This document shows positions 20,401 to 28,700 of a stretch of DNA of 64,000 nucleotides, one piece after another (within the stretch, counting starts at the first letter, position 1; each line of letters begins with the position of its first letter). The notes under the pieces are model-generated. The model was not told where the DNA came from, searched no databases, and saw only the letters and a program-made list of their open reading frames with translations. Origin of the DNA: Leucoraja erinacea. Its lineage: Eukaryota. The position numbers and the translations under genes were made by a program. The stretch covers positions 20,212,001 to 20,276,000 of the forward strand of contig NC_073400.1 of NCBI RefSeq assembly GCF_028641065.1. The letters run 5' to 3'.

Positions 20401-23400
20401 GGGAGAAAATATTGGGCTGCGATACCCAGATGGACTGACTCCTGAGGAGGCTCTGAACCATATCACAGACACAGCAAAGGTAAGAGAGAGATATGGTGGA
20501 GACTGTAATTGTCAACCCTTTGTAATATTAACTCTTGCTCGGGAACCCCCGTGCCTAATGCTTTCCCTTGTAAACATTAACCCTCTTCCTTGCCTGACCT
20601 CTGAACTTGACCTGGACGATCTATTGCTCACAGGCACTTGCGGATGTGGCTTCCCTCGTTGCACGAACTCTGTACCTGCAGGCAGGGGGCAACGGTAGCC
20701 TGGAAAACATCACAGCCAACGCGCAAACAGTAAGGTTCCCATTGCTTATGCCATCACTTTTGGGGTGCTATGGAGAGGATTTACTGGACTGCTCCAAAAG
20801 GATCAGGTTTTGTAGAAGAATAATTAGAATTGACTGTCTGTTCAAGGAATAGTACCGTGCTGTACGAGTCCATGACTTCCATGCTGTACGAATCTATGAC
20901 TTCAGGGATATTGGGCAATTGATAGAAGGGTAAATAAAGTTTGGTGCAACGGGCAGAGGTCAAGGGGAGCGTTGCCCACTAGAGAAGCGTTTCTGTAGAA
21001 CAGTATTGAGCGGACTCGCTCAGCAGGAGGTTCTTTGTAATTCACAGTAATTTGGTGAAGGATGGAGAAAATATTTGTACCCAGATTGCACATAGTGGAA
21101 GAGAAAAGCAGAAGTGAGGGGCAGCGACATTGAGGAATGAGTGCACGATGTGGGAAGATAAGAGTGCGGAATTAAGAATGAACAGAGCGTCAGTGGGCTA
21201 TAGAATGATGAGAGGCGGGTGGAAGTGATGGGAGAGATAGTTGAGACTGGGTGGGGTTATACAGAATATGTACGAGGGGAGAGTGAGATTACACTGGGTG
21301 GGATATCAAAGGTTTTGTGAAGTTGGGAGAGTTGGATTAGTAAAGGTTGGATATTAAAGTGTGCAGGGAATGTGGGATTACATTGGGTGGGATATTAGTG
21401 TTCAGGGAGTGGGGTAAAGTGATGTTGTACTGAGATCTTCAAAGGGAGGGGAGACTGAGTGGGTTTATAGTGGACGAAATGTTAAAGGATACAGTTGGAG
21501 GAGATTATTTCTTCATATGCCAGCATGGATATTCAGCCCACAGAATTTCTTTCTCCAGGTGACCCGAATGCTGTATGGATTTGTAATCAATTGGAATAAT
21601 TCCTGGTTCCACTCGATCATCAGTCAGGACAAAAATGACATATTTACAAGTAAGCACTGTGGGATGGGGAGTCTTAAGCAAACCACAAAGTGCTGGAATA
21701 ACTCTGCTGGTCAGGCAGCACCTCTGAAGGGGATGGATAAGTGAAGTTTTTGGTTAGGTCCATTCTTCAGATTGATTGTGGTAGTGGTGAGAAAGCTGGA
21801 AAAGTGAAGTGAATTAAGGACAAAGCCTGGCAAATGATCGATGGATACAGGTGATAGAGGTTTTATTCGGCAGATGAATGGACGAAGACTGAAGGTGAAA
21901 AACAAATAGACAAAAGGGGGTACAATAAAGGGAGGAGTGAACTGTGAAGCTAGTGGAGGAGAGAAAGGTGGAAGAAGATGGGGAGAAGTTGAAATTGCGT
22001 GGGATAAAGGGGAAAATGGGTGTGCACCCAGGTGGGGCAGAGGGAACAGAAGGCAGCAGAAAAGGTGGGGATGTTCGTTGCCTAAAATTGGAGAATTTGA
22101 TTTCATACAGTTCCTTCAATATGCGTGTGTCATCAACAGGGGAGACCCAGAACAAAGACGTTGATGTGGGAAGGGGAGTTGTAATGGTTAGCAACCGAGA
22201 GATCAGCAGGCCGAGGAGGCCACATAGGGAGCACCGAATTCGGTAGATGAGATTATGGGAGGTGGATGTGAACCTGTGCTTCACTAGGAAGGGCAGCTTG
22301 GAGGGGGGGGGGGGGGCTCTTAATTCAATAGAATTGAGATATTAGAAACTGCGGTAGGGCTGGACAGGCAATAACAATGAGTCTGCCAGGGCACTTCTAC
22401 TTGTGGATTTTGGGAAGATGATAGAAATGGAGAGTAAGGGGCTGGGGAACTATTTAACATTTTAATGGGCCCTTTCATAACGCAATTCGAATATAGCAGA
22501 CAGACATGCCGATGTCACCCCCACCTTGCAATGTCTCCCTGGACATTTAGAGTCCCAGCCTCTGACACCACCCCCCGACTCGTTGCACCTGAGAGCCCTT
22601 CTTCACTCGCATACGATCCGGTGACACTGCTGTTGTTGCTTCTCACGTTCCAGCCCCTGTAGATGGCATTTTTTTCGGGCCTTTGTCCACTTCCCGCTCG
22701 ACTGCTGCCGCCTCCTCCTCGCATTGCTCTCTCCTCGGCCTCATTCCAAACCACCCCTCCCCCTAACACAGCCTCCTCGTCCTCTTCCGGAGTCGCCCAC
22801 ATACTCCATGTTGGAAGTCGCAACAGGTGAGAGGGTAGAGAGCCACACGATGACCGAGCACATCTTGTAATTGGAAGTGGCATGTAGCCAGAGGCTACAA
22901 TGCGAGCCACAAAACAGCTGTGTGAACTGGTGAAGAAGGCCAGCAGCATTGGCGCCTAGTTTTAAAGTGAAACGACACCGTGCTGGAGTAACTTGGCCAA
23001 CTGAATCGGTCTGAAGAAGGGTCCTGACATCACCTATTCATATTCTCCAGCGATGCTGCCTGACACACTGAGTTACTCCAGTACTTTGTGTATAGTTCAA
23101 GTTCACGTTTATTGTCACTTAACCAAATAAGTTACAGTGAAATTGGAAGGTACAGTGAAAATTGTTCAGTTTAGAGATACAGTGTGGAAACAGCCCTTCG
23201 GCCCATCGAGTTCCCGCCAGCCAGCAATCACACCGTACACTAACACTATCCTGCTCAATTGGGGCAATTTACAGAAGTCAATTAACCTACAAATCTGTAC
23301 CTCTTTGGAATGCGGGAGGAAACCAGACCACTTGGAGAAAACCCACGCGATCACACGGAGAACGTGTGATCCATGCAGACAGCATCCGTAGTCAGAATTG

Positions 23401-24238
23401 AACCTGGATCTCTGGCACTGTCCTTTTGTGTATTAGCCACCATCTGAAGTTCTTTGTTACAACTACATATAATGATAATACTTTACTCGGTTATAATGGA
23501 CAATCTGCAATAACGGGCATTATTTCCCCCTCTCCCGTGGTCCTTTATAACGAGTGTTTACCGTGTTGAAGAGAGATCGCCAGAGTTGATGGGATCGGTG
23601 ACAGCCTGCTTGATGGTGTCCTCGTGTTTCAAGGTCAAACGGTAGATATGAGGTCATGGGGTAGATATGAGGACATGTTTAAGAGCTGATGCCGGATGTC
23701 AGCAAGGTAGAGGCCAGCTTGCCAGACTACAAGAGCACCTCCCTTATCGGAGAATCTTGGTAGTGTTGAGAGTTACCCCGGTGCTGTGAGCTTGACCTGC
23801 GATTGGGGGCTTTTATCACAACATGCATGCTGGGCGGAAGTGCCTTTGCCCATGGGTTGCTGGGTGCAATGGGTGTTCATTCAAATCCACCCCAACCCAC
23901 TCTTCTCACCAACCCTCTTTTCCCATCCTCTCTCTCCCTTTTCTCTCCATACAGAACAGAAACACATCTCTTTCTATGTCTCAGTCAATGAACAGACCTT
24001 CTCGACGGTGCTGGTGGAGCACGTTCTGTTTAACCTGACCGGTCATCATGCCAACCTGACTGAGGAGCAGTGTCGGGACCCCAAAAGCATCCCGCACCCC
24101 GATACCAACGTGAGTACCAACCCCTCACCCGTTGTCTCTACCATCCGCTTTACCTCCACCCGGCCTGTCCCACCACCCCCTGCAATCTTATCTCAACTGT
24201 TTCACCCCCCCCCCAGCCTACGCCATCCCATTTACCCA

Positions 24239-24297
<59 letters not shown>

Positions 24298-25740
24298 TCA
24301 CCTGGCCATCTCCCCCCCGCAGCCTCTAATTGCCCTCCCTCCATGTCCATCCAAGCGCAGCGATCCTTACCCCTTCTCTCACTGCAGTCACTCATCACCC
24401 TCTCCCCTTTTCTGCCCTTAGTTTTTCAATTACATTTGGGTGCAGGGGACGAAGGCGGAGAACGCCAGCGAGCCCACCCCTTACTGCGTGCGCGCCAACG
24501 TTTGGTTGTCGCGGGCCCTGTCCCCAGCCTTCGAGCTGGCTGACTATTCCTCCACCGAGTACTCCACCTGGACCGAGAGCCGCTGGCAGAAGGTGGGGGC
24601 CCGAATCTTTTTAGTGGCCAGCAGGGAGCTGGAGGTGAGTAGTGCTTCGTGACAACTTTGCTCCTTCACTTCCCCCTTTCCCCGGTCAGAAACTTGACCA
24701 AACACAGACCCTGGCAGAGACCTGAGGGACAGGCCATGCCGTTCATTGCAGCCATGCCCTTCATTAACGGGACATGGGAGTGGAGCCTCCTCATGTGCCA
24801 GGCCACAAAAAGTGGTGTAACCCAGCGGGGTCAGGCAGGATCTCTGGAGAAAAGGAATAGATGATATTTTGGATCGAATACCTTCTTCGGACTCGGGAAA
24901 GGGGAATAAAATATATAAATGGTACTTGGGACAAATGAATGGAAAATATGCAGAAAGCAATGGTAATCAAGGAAATGTGGAGCCTGCATTGGTCCATTGT
25001 TGGCTGTGGGATAGGTGATGACGAGTTAATATAAATGGAACTTAACAGGACAAAAGTGAAACTAGTATGACGACGGATGGAGGAGGGGCTGAAAGAGAGG
25101 GATGCAATGCTTACTTGAAGTTGGAGAAATCAATATTCATACTGCTGGGTTGCAAGCTGCCCGTGAAGTATGAGTTGCTGATCCTCCAATTTGTGTTTGG
25201 CCTTGGAGCCACCTCTTAGAGTTACAGTCATACAGTGTGGAAACAGGCCCTTTATAAATGTTGTAATCGCAGAGTGCCCTCCATAATGTTTGGGACAAAG
25301 GCCCATCATTTGTTTATTGCCCCTGTACTCCACAATTTGAGATTTGTAATAGAAAAAAATCACGTGGTTAAAGTGCACATTGTCAGATTTTATTAAAAGG
25401 GATTGTTATACATTTTGGTTTCACCATGTTGAAATTACAGCTGTGTTTATACGTAGTAGTCCCACCATTTTAGGGCACCATAATGTTTGGGACACATGGC
25501 TTCACAGGTGTTTGTAATGTATATGACATTGCCGTGTCCCAAACAGTATGTGGAAGGTGTTAAGCATCATGTTTGACTCTCACCATGTTGTTGTGTCTCC
25601 TACCTCCCAACCCTCAGATCATCACGTTGGTGACCGGAATCTGCGTCCTCATCACGTCAATGGTCCTCATCCACTTCCTCAATGCCAAGTCCAACATACT
25701 CTTCTCTGGACCCCAGGAGCATAGCTCCGTCAGCTACTGA
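8605..25740 (+). CDS. NCSTN: Nicastrin (gamma-secretase subunit), complete, 17 exons, ~696 aa
   Basis: Spliced CDS of 2091 nt using one copy of exon 10. Signal peptide, [48 protein letters not shown] helix and C-terminal ...SVSY* match nicastrin. Confidence 0.97.
9033..9137 (+). CDS. NCSTN: NCSTN exon 2
   Basis: [35 protein letters not shown]; 105 nt. Confidence 0.95.
9539..9662 (+). CDS. NCSTN: NCSTN exon 3
   Basis: [16 protein letters not shown]...[17 protein letters not shown]; 124 nt. Confidence 0.95.
9895..10013 (+). CDS. NCSTN: NCSTN exon 4
   Basis: [16 protein letters not shown]...[11 protein letters not shown]; 119 nt. Confidence 0.93.
10223..10860 (-). mobile_element. 5'-truncated CR1/HER1-like LINE with open RT C-terminal frame, nested in an older Rex/Babar-like remnant (~10090-11250)
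   Basis: ORF 10302..10871 ([19 protein letters not shown]...[13 protein letters not shown]...[14 protein letters not shown]); TTTCTATG-type tail. Confidence 0.9.
11950..13080 (-). mobile_element. CR1-like LINE RT fragment (degenerate)
   Basis: ORF 12063..12347 [27 protein letters not shown]...SKFDDTK (RT motifs). Confidence 0.85.
13789..13934 (+). CDS. NCSTN: NCSTN exon 5
   Basis: [14 protein letters not shown]...[10 protein letters not shown]; 146 nt. Confidence 0.95.
14242..14392 (+). CDS. NCSTN: NCSTN exon 6
   Basis: CYKDHN...[25 protein letters not shown]; 151 nt. Confidence 0.95.
14761..14870 (+). CDS. NCSTN: NCSTN exon 7
   Basis: [22 protein letters not shown]...FVVAAAR; 110 nt. Confidence 0.93.
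15380..15532 (+). CDS. NCSTN: NCSTN exon 8
   Basis: [13 protein letters not shown]...NIMFLLFQG; 153 nt. Confidence 0.95.
15541..16110 (+). repeat. ~50-60-bp satellite-like tandem array (GTGAAGCTCCCTCTACACTGTCCCATCACACACTCCCAGGGCACAGGTTAGACAC-type unit)
   Basis: About 9-10 degenerate units; short arrays of the same unit at ~610-775, 2290-2470, 29600-29900, 39650-39840 and 41890-41970. Confidence 0.75.
16168..16272 (+). CDS. NCSTN: NCSTN exon 9 (DYIGS motif)
   Basis: [15 protein letters not shown]...FIELNQ; 105 nt. Confidence 0.95.
16774..16851 (+). CDS. NCSTN: NCSTN exon 10, copy A
   Basis: [26 protein letters not shown]; 78 nt; CAG/GTAGG. Confidence 0.75.
16900..16977 (+). CDS. NCSTN: NCSTN exon 10, copy B (identical tandem duplicate)
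   Basis: Same 78 nt as 16774-16851 with its own CAG acceptor and GTAGG donor. Confidence 0.75.
17160..18660 (-). mobile_element. CR1-like LINE ORF2 fragment (frameshifted)
   Basis: ORFs 16886..17278 ([17 protein letters not shown]), 17257..17532 ([27 protein letters not shown]), 17474..17698 (KSPGP). Confidence 0.9.
19179..19348 (+). CDS. NCSTN: NCSTN exon 11
   Basis: VQKLLASF...[17 protein letters not shown]...[11 protein letters not shown]; 170 nt. Confidence 0.93.
20377..20479 (+). CDS. NCSTN: NCSTN exon 12
   Basis: [12 protein letters not shown]...ITDTAK; 103 nt. Confidence 0.95.
20634..20729 (+). CDS. NCSTN: NCSTN exon 13
   Basis: [19 protein letters not shown]...ANAQT; 96 nt. Confidence 0.95.
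21559..21649 (+). CDS. NCSTN: NCSTN exon 14
   Basis: [21 protein letters not shown]; 91 nt. Confidence 0.93.
21670..22460 (-). mobile_element. Penelope-like element remnant (RT and GIY-YIG pieces plus 3' end)
   Basis: Minus-strand [15 protein letters not shown] (PLE RT-like) near 22320-22450; ORF 21814..22284 begins [21 protein letters not shown] (GIY-YIG-like). Confidence 0.7.
23165..23422 (-). mobile_element. tRNA-derived SINE (HE1/V-SINE-like)
   Basis: Matches the family at 38692-38997. Confidence 0.75.
23955..24109 (+). CDS. NCSTN: NCSTN exon 15
   Basis: [10 protein letters not shown]...[15 protein letters not shown]; 155 nt. Confidence 0.9.
24422..24634 (+). CDS. NCSTN: NCSTN exon 16
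   Basis: FFNYIWVQG...[36 protein letters not shown]; 213 nt. Confidence 0.95.
24810..25205 (-). mobile_element. Penelope-like element 3' fragment
   Basis: Terminal motif shared with the 388-600 family; ORF-end remnant ([10 protein letters not shown]-like) shared with ~48960-49040. Confidence 0.55.
25273..25520 (+). mobile_element. Tc1/mariner terminal inverted-repeat fragment (IR/DR type)
   Basis: GTGCCCTCCATAATGTTTGGGACA at start, repeated internally ~210 bp later; closely similar to 27562-27830. Confidence 0.7.
25618..25740 (+). CDS. NCSTN: NCSTN exon 17 (TM helix, cytosolic tail, stop)
   Basis: [40 protein letters not shown]; TGA at 25738-25740. Confidence 0.95.
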   Translation: MITLVTGICVLITSMVLIHFLNAKSNILFSGPQEHSSVSY

Positions 25741-26004
25741 CGGGGCAGCAGCGAGTCCAGTGGTTCTGAGAGTGAGTGAGTGGGTGGGTAGGTGTGTAAG
25801 GAAGAGTGAATGGGCCAGAGAGAGGGAGTGAGTATGGGGAAGAGAGTGAAGGGAGAGTGTTATTGTGACGGCGGGGGAAGTTATTGACTTGAATTATTAC
25901 TGTGGTAATGCTGGATGTATTCTCAAGCATGAGGGATTGGCGGAGGCCAATTAAGGGGAAAGGGGTACCCACCATATCCAGATGACAAACCTGTTCCAAT
26001 CTTG

Positions 26005-26295
26005 CAAATGGCCACCGCACTTGCGGATACCCCGCTCAAAATGGCCGCCACCCTTGGGAACAAACTGCTGAAAATGGCCTACACCTTTCGGAACACCCTG
26101 CTCAAAATGGCCACAACCCATGGGAATGCCCTGCTCAAACTGGCAGCCATCCTTGGTAACACACTGCAAAATGGCCACCACCCTTGGGAACAATCTGCGG
26201 AAAACGGCTACCATATTTGCAATATCCCTGGTTGAAATGGCCACAATCCTTGGGAACACTTTATTTTAAATGGCCATCATTCCTTGGGAACAGAG
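26005..26295 (+). repeat. 33-bp minisatellite, 9 degenerate copies, in probable NCSTN 3'UTR
   Basis: AAAATGGCC-like core at 26006, 26038, 26071, 26104, 26137, 26168, 26201, 26234, 26267. Confidence 0.85.
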
Positions 26296-26569
26296 ACATG
26301 ATAAACTGCAATGGCTGGAATCTTCAGCAAAAAACAAAGTGCTGGAGGAACTCAAGTCGGGCAGCATCTGTGGAGAGAATGGACAGGTGATGGTTCTGAT
26401 AGAGACCCTTCTTCAATCTGAAGAATGGTTCCATCCTGAAATGTTGTCTGTCCATTCCTTCCACAGATACTGCCTGACCCGCTGAATACCAACAACACTT
26501 TAATTTTTGCTTTTTCTGATCATCCTGTTGGTACACTGTTCAATATAGCTGATGCCTTACAAAAATGCA

Positions 26570-26816
26570 AATAAAAATGGCTGTCACCTGAGGGAAGGCA
26601 CAATTCAAAAAGGCACTAGCACTCGTACATCAACCAGGAACTTGACAGCCTAAAGGGGTTGTCCCGTCACACACTGCACCAGGAATGATATTTGGCAAGA
26701 GGTGGCAGAACTTGCTCATTAAAATTTCATAGAATATGATGGGCAGGCCTTTGAGCCTGAGATTACAGCAGATCATGAGAGAATTTGTCTTTTGATGTCT
26801 TAATAATGGAAATAAA
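26570..26816 (+). promoter_or_regulatory. Candidate NCSTN polyadenylation signals (AATAAA at 26570 and 26811)
   Basis: Canonical hexamers downstream of the stop codon. Confidence 0.45.
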
Positions 26817-27229
26817 AATAATTGACTTCCAACCCATGGCTTTTAACGTGGTCTGTTCCTTTCTGCCTCGAGTGTCTTGCGTTACTGGTGCACTCGGGTG
26901 GAGCTGCTGCTATAAGAAGGAGAAGAGTGTGTGGGCAATGTTAGTCCTGCCCTGCTTATCGCCCATGGCAATGGGTGAGGTTTGCAAGTCACCATTGTTT
27001 CTTCGCTTGCTTGTGATTGGACACCTCGGCTCTCCCTTGGTTGGGGAATACATTCCTCCCTACCACTGCAATATTTTTCCATGTAACATGGTTTGAAGTA
27101 GGGACTCTGTCCTCGCATGACAAGCTTCAATTTCTCACTGAGTCTTTACCACATCCCTATCTCTGCTTATCCAGCTGCAAAATCAGGCCAGCTTTAAGTA
27201 GCTCTGAAATTCCAATATAGCACATCAGA

Positions 27230-27535
27230 TCATGTGATAGGAGCAGAATTAGACCGTTCAGACCATAAAGTCTACTCTGCCATTCAATCATGGCTGATCT
27301 ATCTTCCTAACCCCATTCTCCTGCCTTCCCTCCATAACCCCTGACAATCATACTAATCAAGAATCCATCTCTCTGCCTAAAAAAAAATATCCATTGGCTT
27401 GGCCTCCACAGCCTTCTGTGACAAATAATTCCACAGATTCACCACCCTCTGACTAAAGAAATTCCTCCTTATCTCTTTCCTAAAGGAATGTCCTATAATT
27501 CTGAGGCTATGACCTCCAGTCCTAGACTCTCCCGG
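27230..27535 (-). mobile_element. CR1/HER1-like LINE 3' fragment
   Basis: ORF 27377..27592 GESRTGGHSLRI...[12 protein letters not shown]. Confidence 0.8.
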
Positions 27536-27561
27536 TACATTCAAGCTACTTAAGAAAAATA

Positions 27562-28260
27562 CATTGCCCTCCATAATGTTTGGGACAAACAAACACCCAT
27601 CATTTATTTATTTGCCTCTGTATTCCACAATTTCAGATTTGTAATAGAAAAAAATCACATGTGGTTAAAGTGCACTTTGTCAGATTTTATTAAAGGGTAT
27701 TTTTATACATTTTGGTTTCACCATGTAGAAATTACAGCTGTGTTTATACATTGACTCGTTTGCCCCCACCCCCCATATCAGGGCACCATAATGTTTGGGA
27801 CACATGGCCTCACAGGTGTTTGTAATTGCTCAGGTGTGTTTAATTTCCTCGTTAATGCAGGTATAAGAGAGCTCTCAGCACCTAGTCTTTCTTCCAAACC
27901 TAAGGCTTACCAAAATCAACTGTTTGGAACATCATTAAGAAGAAAGAGAGCACAGGTAAGCTTACTAATCGCAAAGGGACTGGCAGGCCAAGGAAGACCC
28001 ACAGCTGATGACAAGAATTCTCTCAAATAAAGTAAAATCCCCAGACACCTGTCCGACAGATCAGAAGTCAGGTGGGGATTTGTCAATGACCACTGTCTGC
28101 AGAAGACTTCATGAACAGAAATAAGATACATTGCACAATGCTAACCACTGGTTAGCTGCAGTAATAGGATTGCCAGGTTAGTTTGCCAAGGAGTACTTAA
28201 AAGAGCAACCACAGTTCTGGGAAGGAAAGAGATTATGTATAAACACTGCTGTAATTTCTC
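27562..28260 (+). mobile_element. Tc1-like DNA transposon remnant (left IR/DR plus degenerate transposase N-terminus)
   Basis: TA followed by CATTGCCCTCCATAATGTTTGGGAC; translation TVWNIIKKKESTGKLTNRKGTGRPRKT (~27919-28000) contains the Tc1 GRPR motif. Confidence 0.8.
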
Positions 28261-28379
28261 AATGGTGAAACAGCGGTAGTGAGTAGACAATGGGATGGAG
28301 GAAATTAAAACAAGGAAGGGTGGTCGGCAGAGGGGTCAGGGACGAAGCCGAGGGGAGGGATTTGGCGCATGGTTAGTTG

Positions 28380-28700
28380 TAACGTCTGCAGGGAGGTGGA
28401 CGCGTGTCGGAAAGGAGAGAGTGGCGGCGAGAGGACCAGTGGACTGCTCATACGTGGGACCAACATGCGGAGGCCGGGCCGAGCGGCCTTTCCCGGGCGG
28501 TAGGCGAGGCGGGGCGAGGACGTGAGGGCGGCGCTGGCGAGATGATGTCACGCGTAGGGCTGCTGCCGACGGGCGTCGTGCGTGCGTGCGAGCTGATGCC
28601 CGGAGAGGGGCGGAGCAGAGAGGCGGGCAAGATGGCGGAGGGCGGCGAGGAAGACCCGGAGCTTCAGGAGATTTTGGAGAGTGAGCACAGGTGGAGGGGC
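28380..28700 (+). promoter_or_regulatory. PEX19 CpG-island promoter
   Basis: CpG-dense region with GGGGCGG boxes; YY1-like CAAGATGGCGG overlaps the start codon. Confidence 0.75.
28632..28680 (+). CDS. PEX19: PEX19 exon 1
   Basis: MAEGGEEDPELQEILE; GTGAG donor. Confidence 0.92.

Noticed and set aside
26005-26295. Regularly spaced repeat resembling a CRISPR array
   Set aside because: Eukaryotic context; whole units are homologous with no unique spacers; no cas genes.
28404-28631. N-terminal extension of PEX19 suggested by ORF 28404..28805
   Set aside because: GC-rich promoter read-through; similarity and the strong Kozak context begin at ATG 28632.
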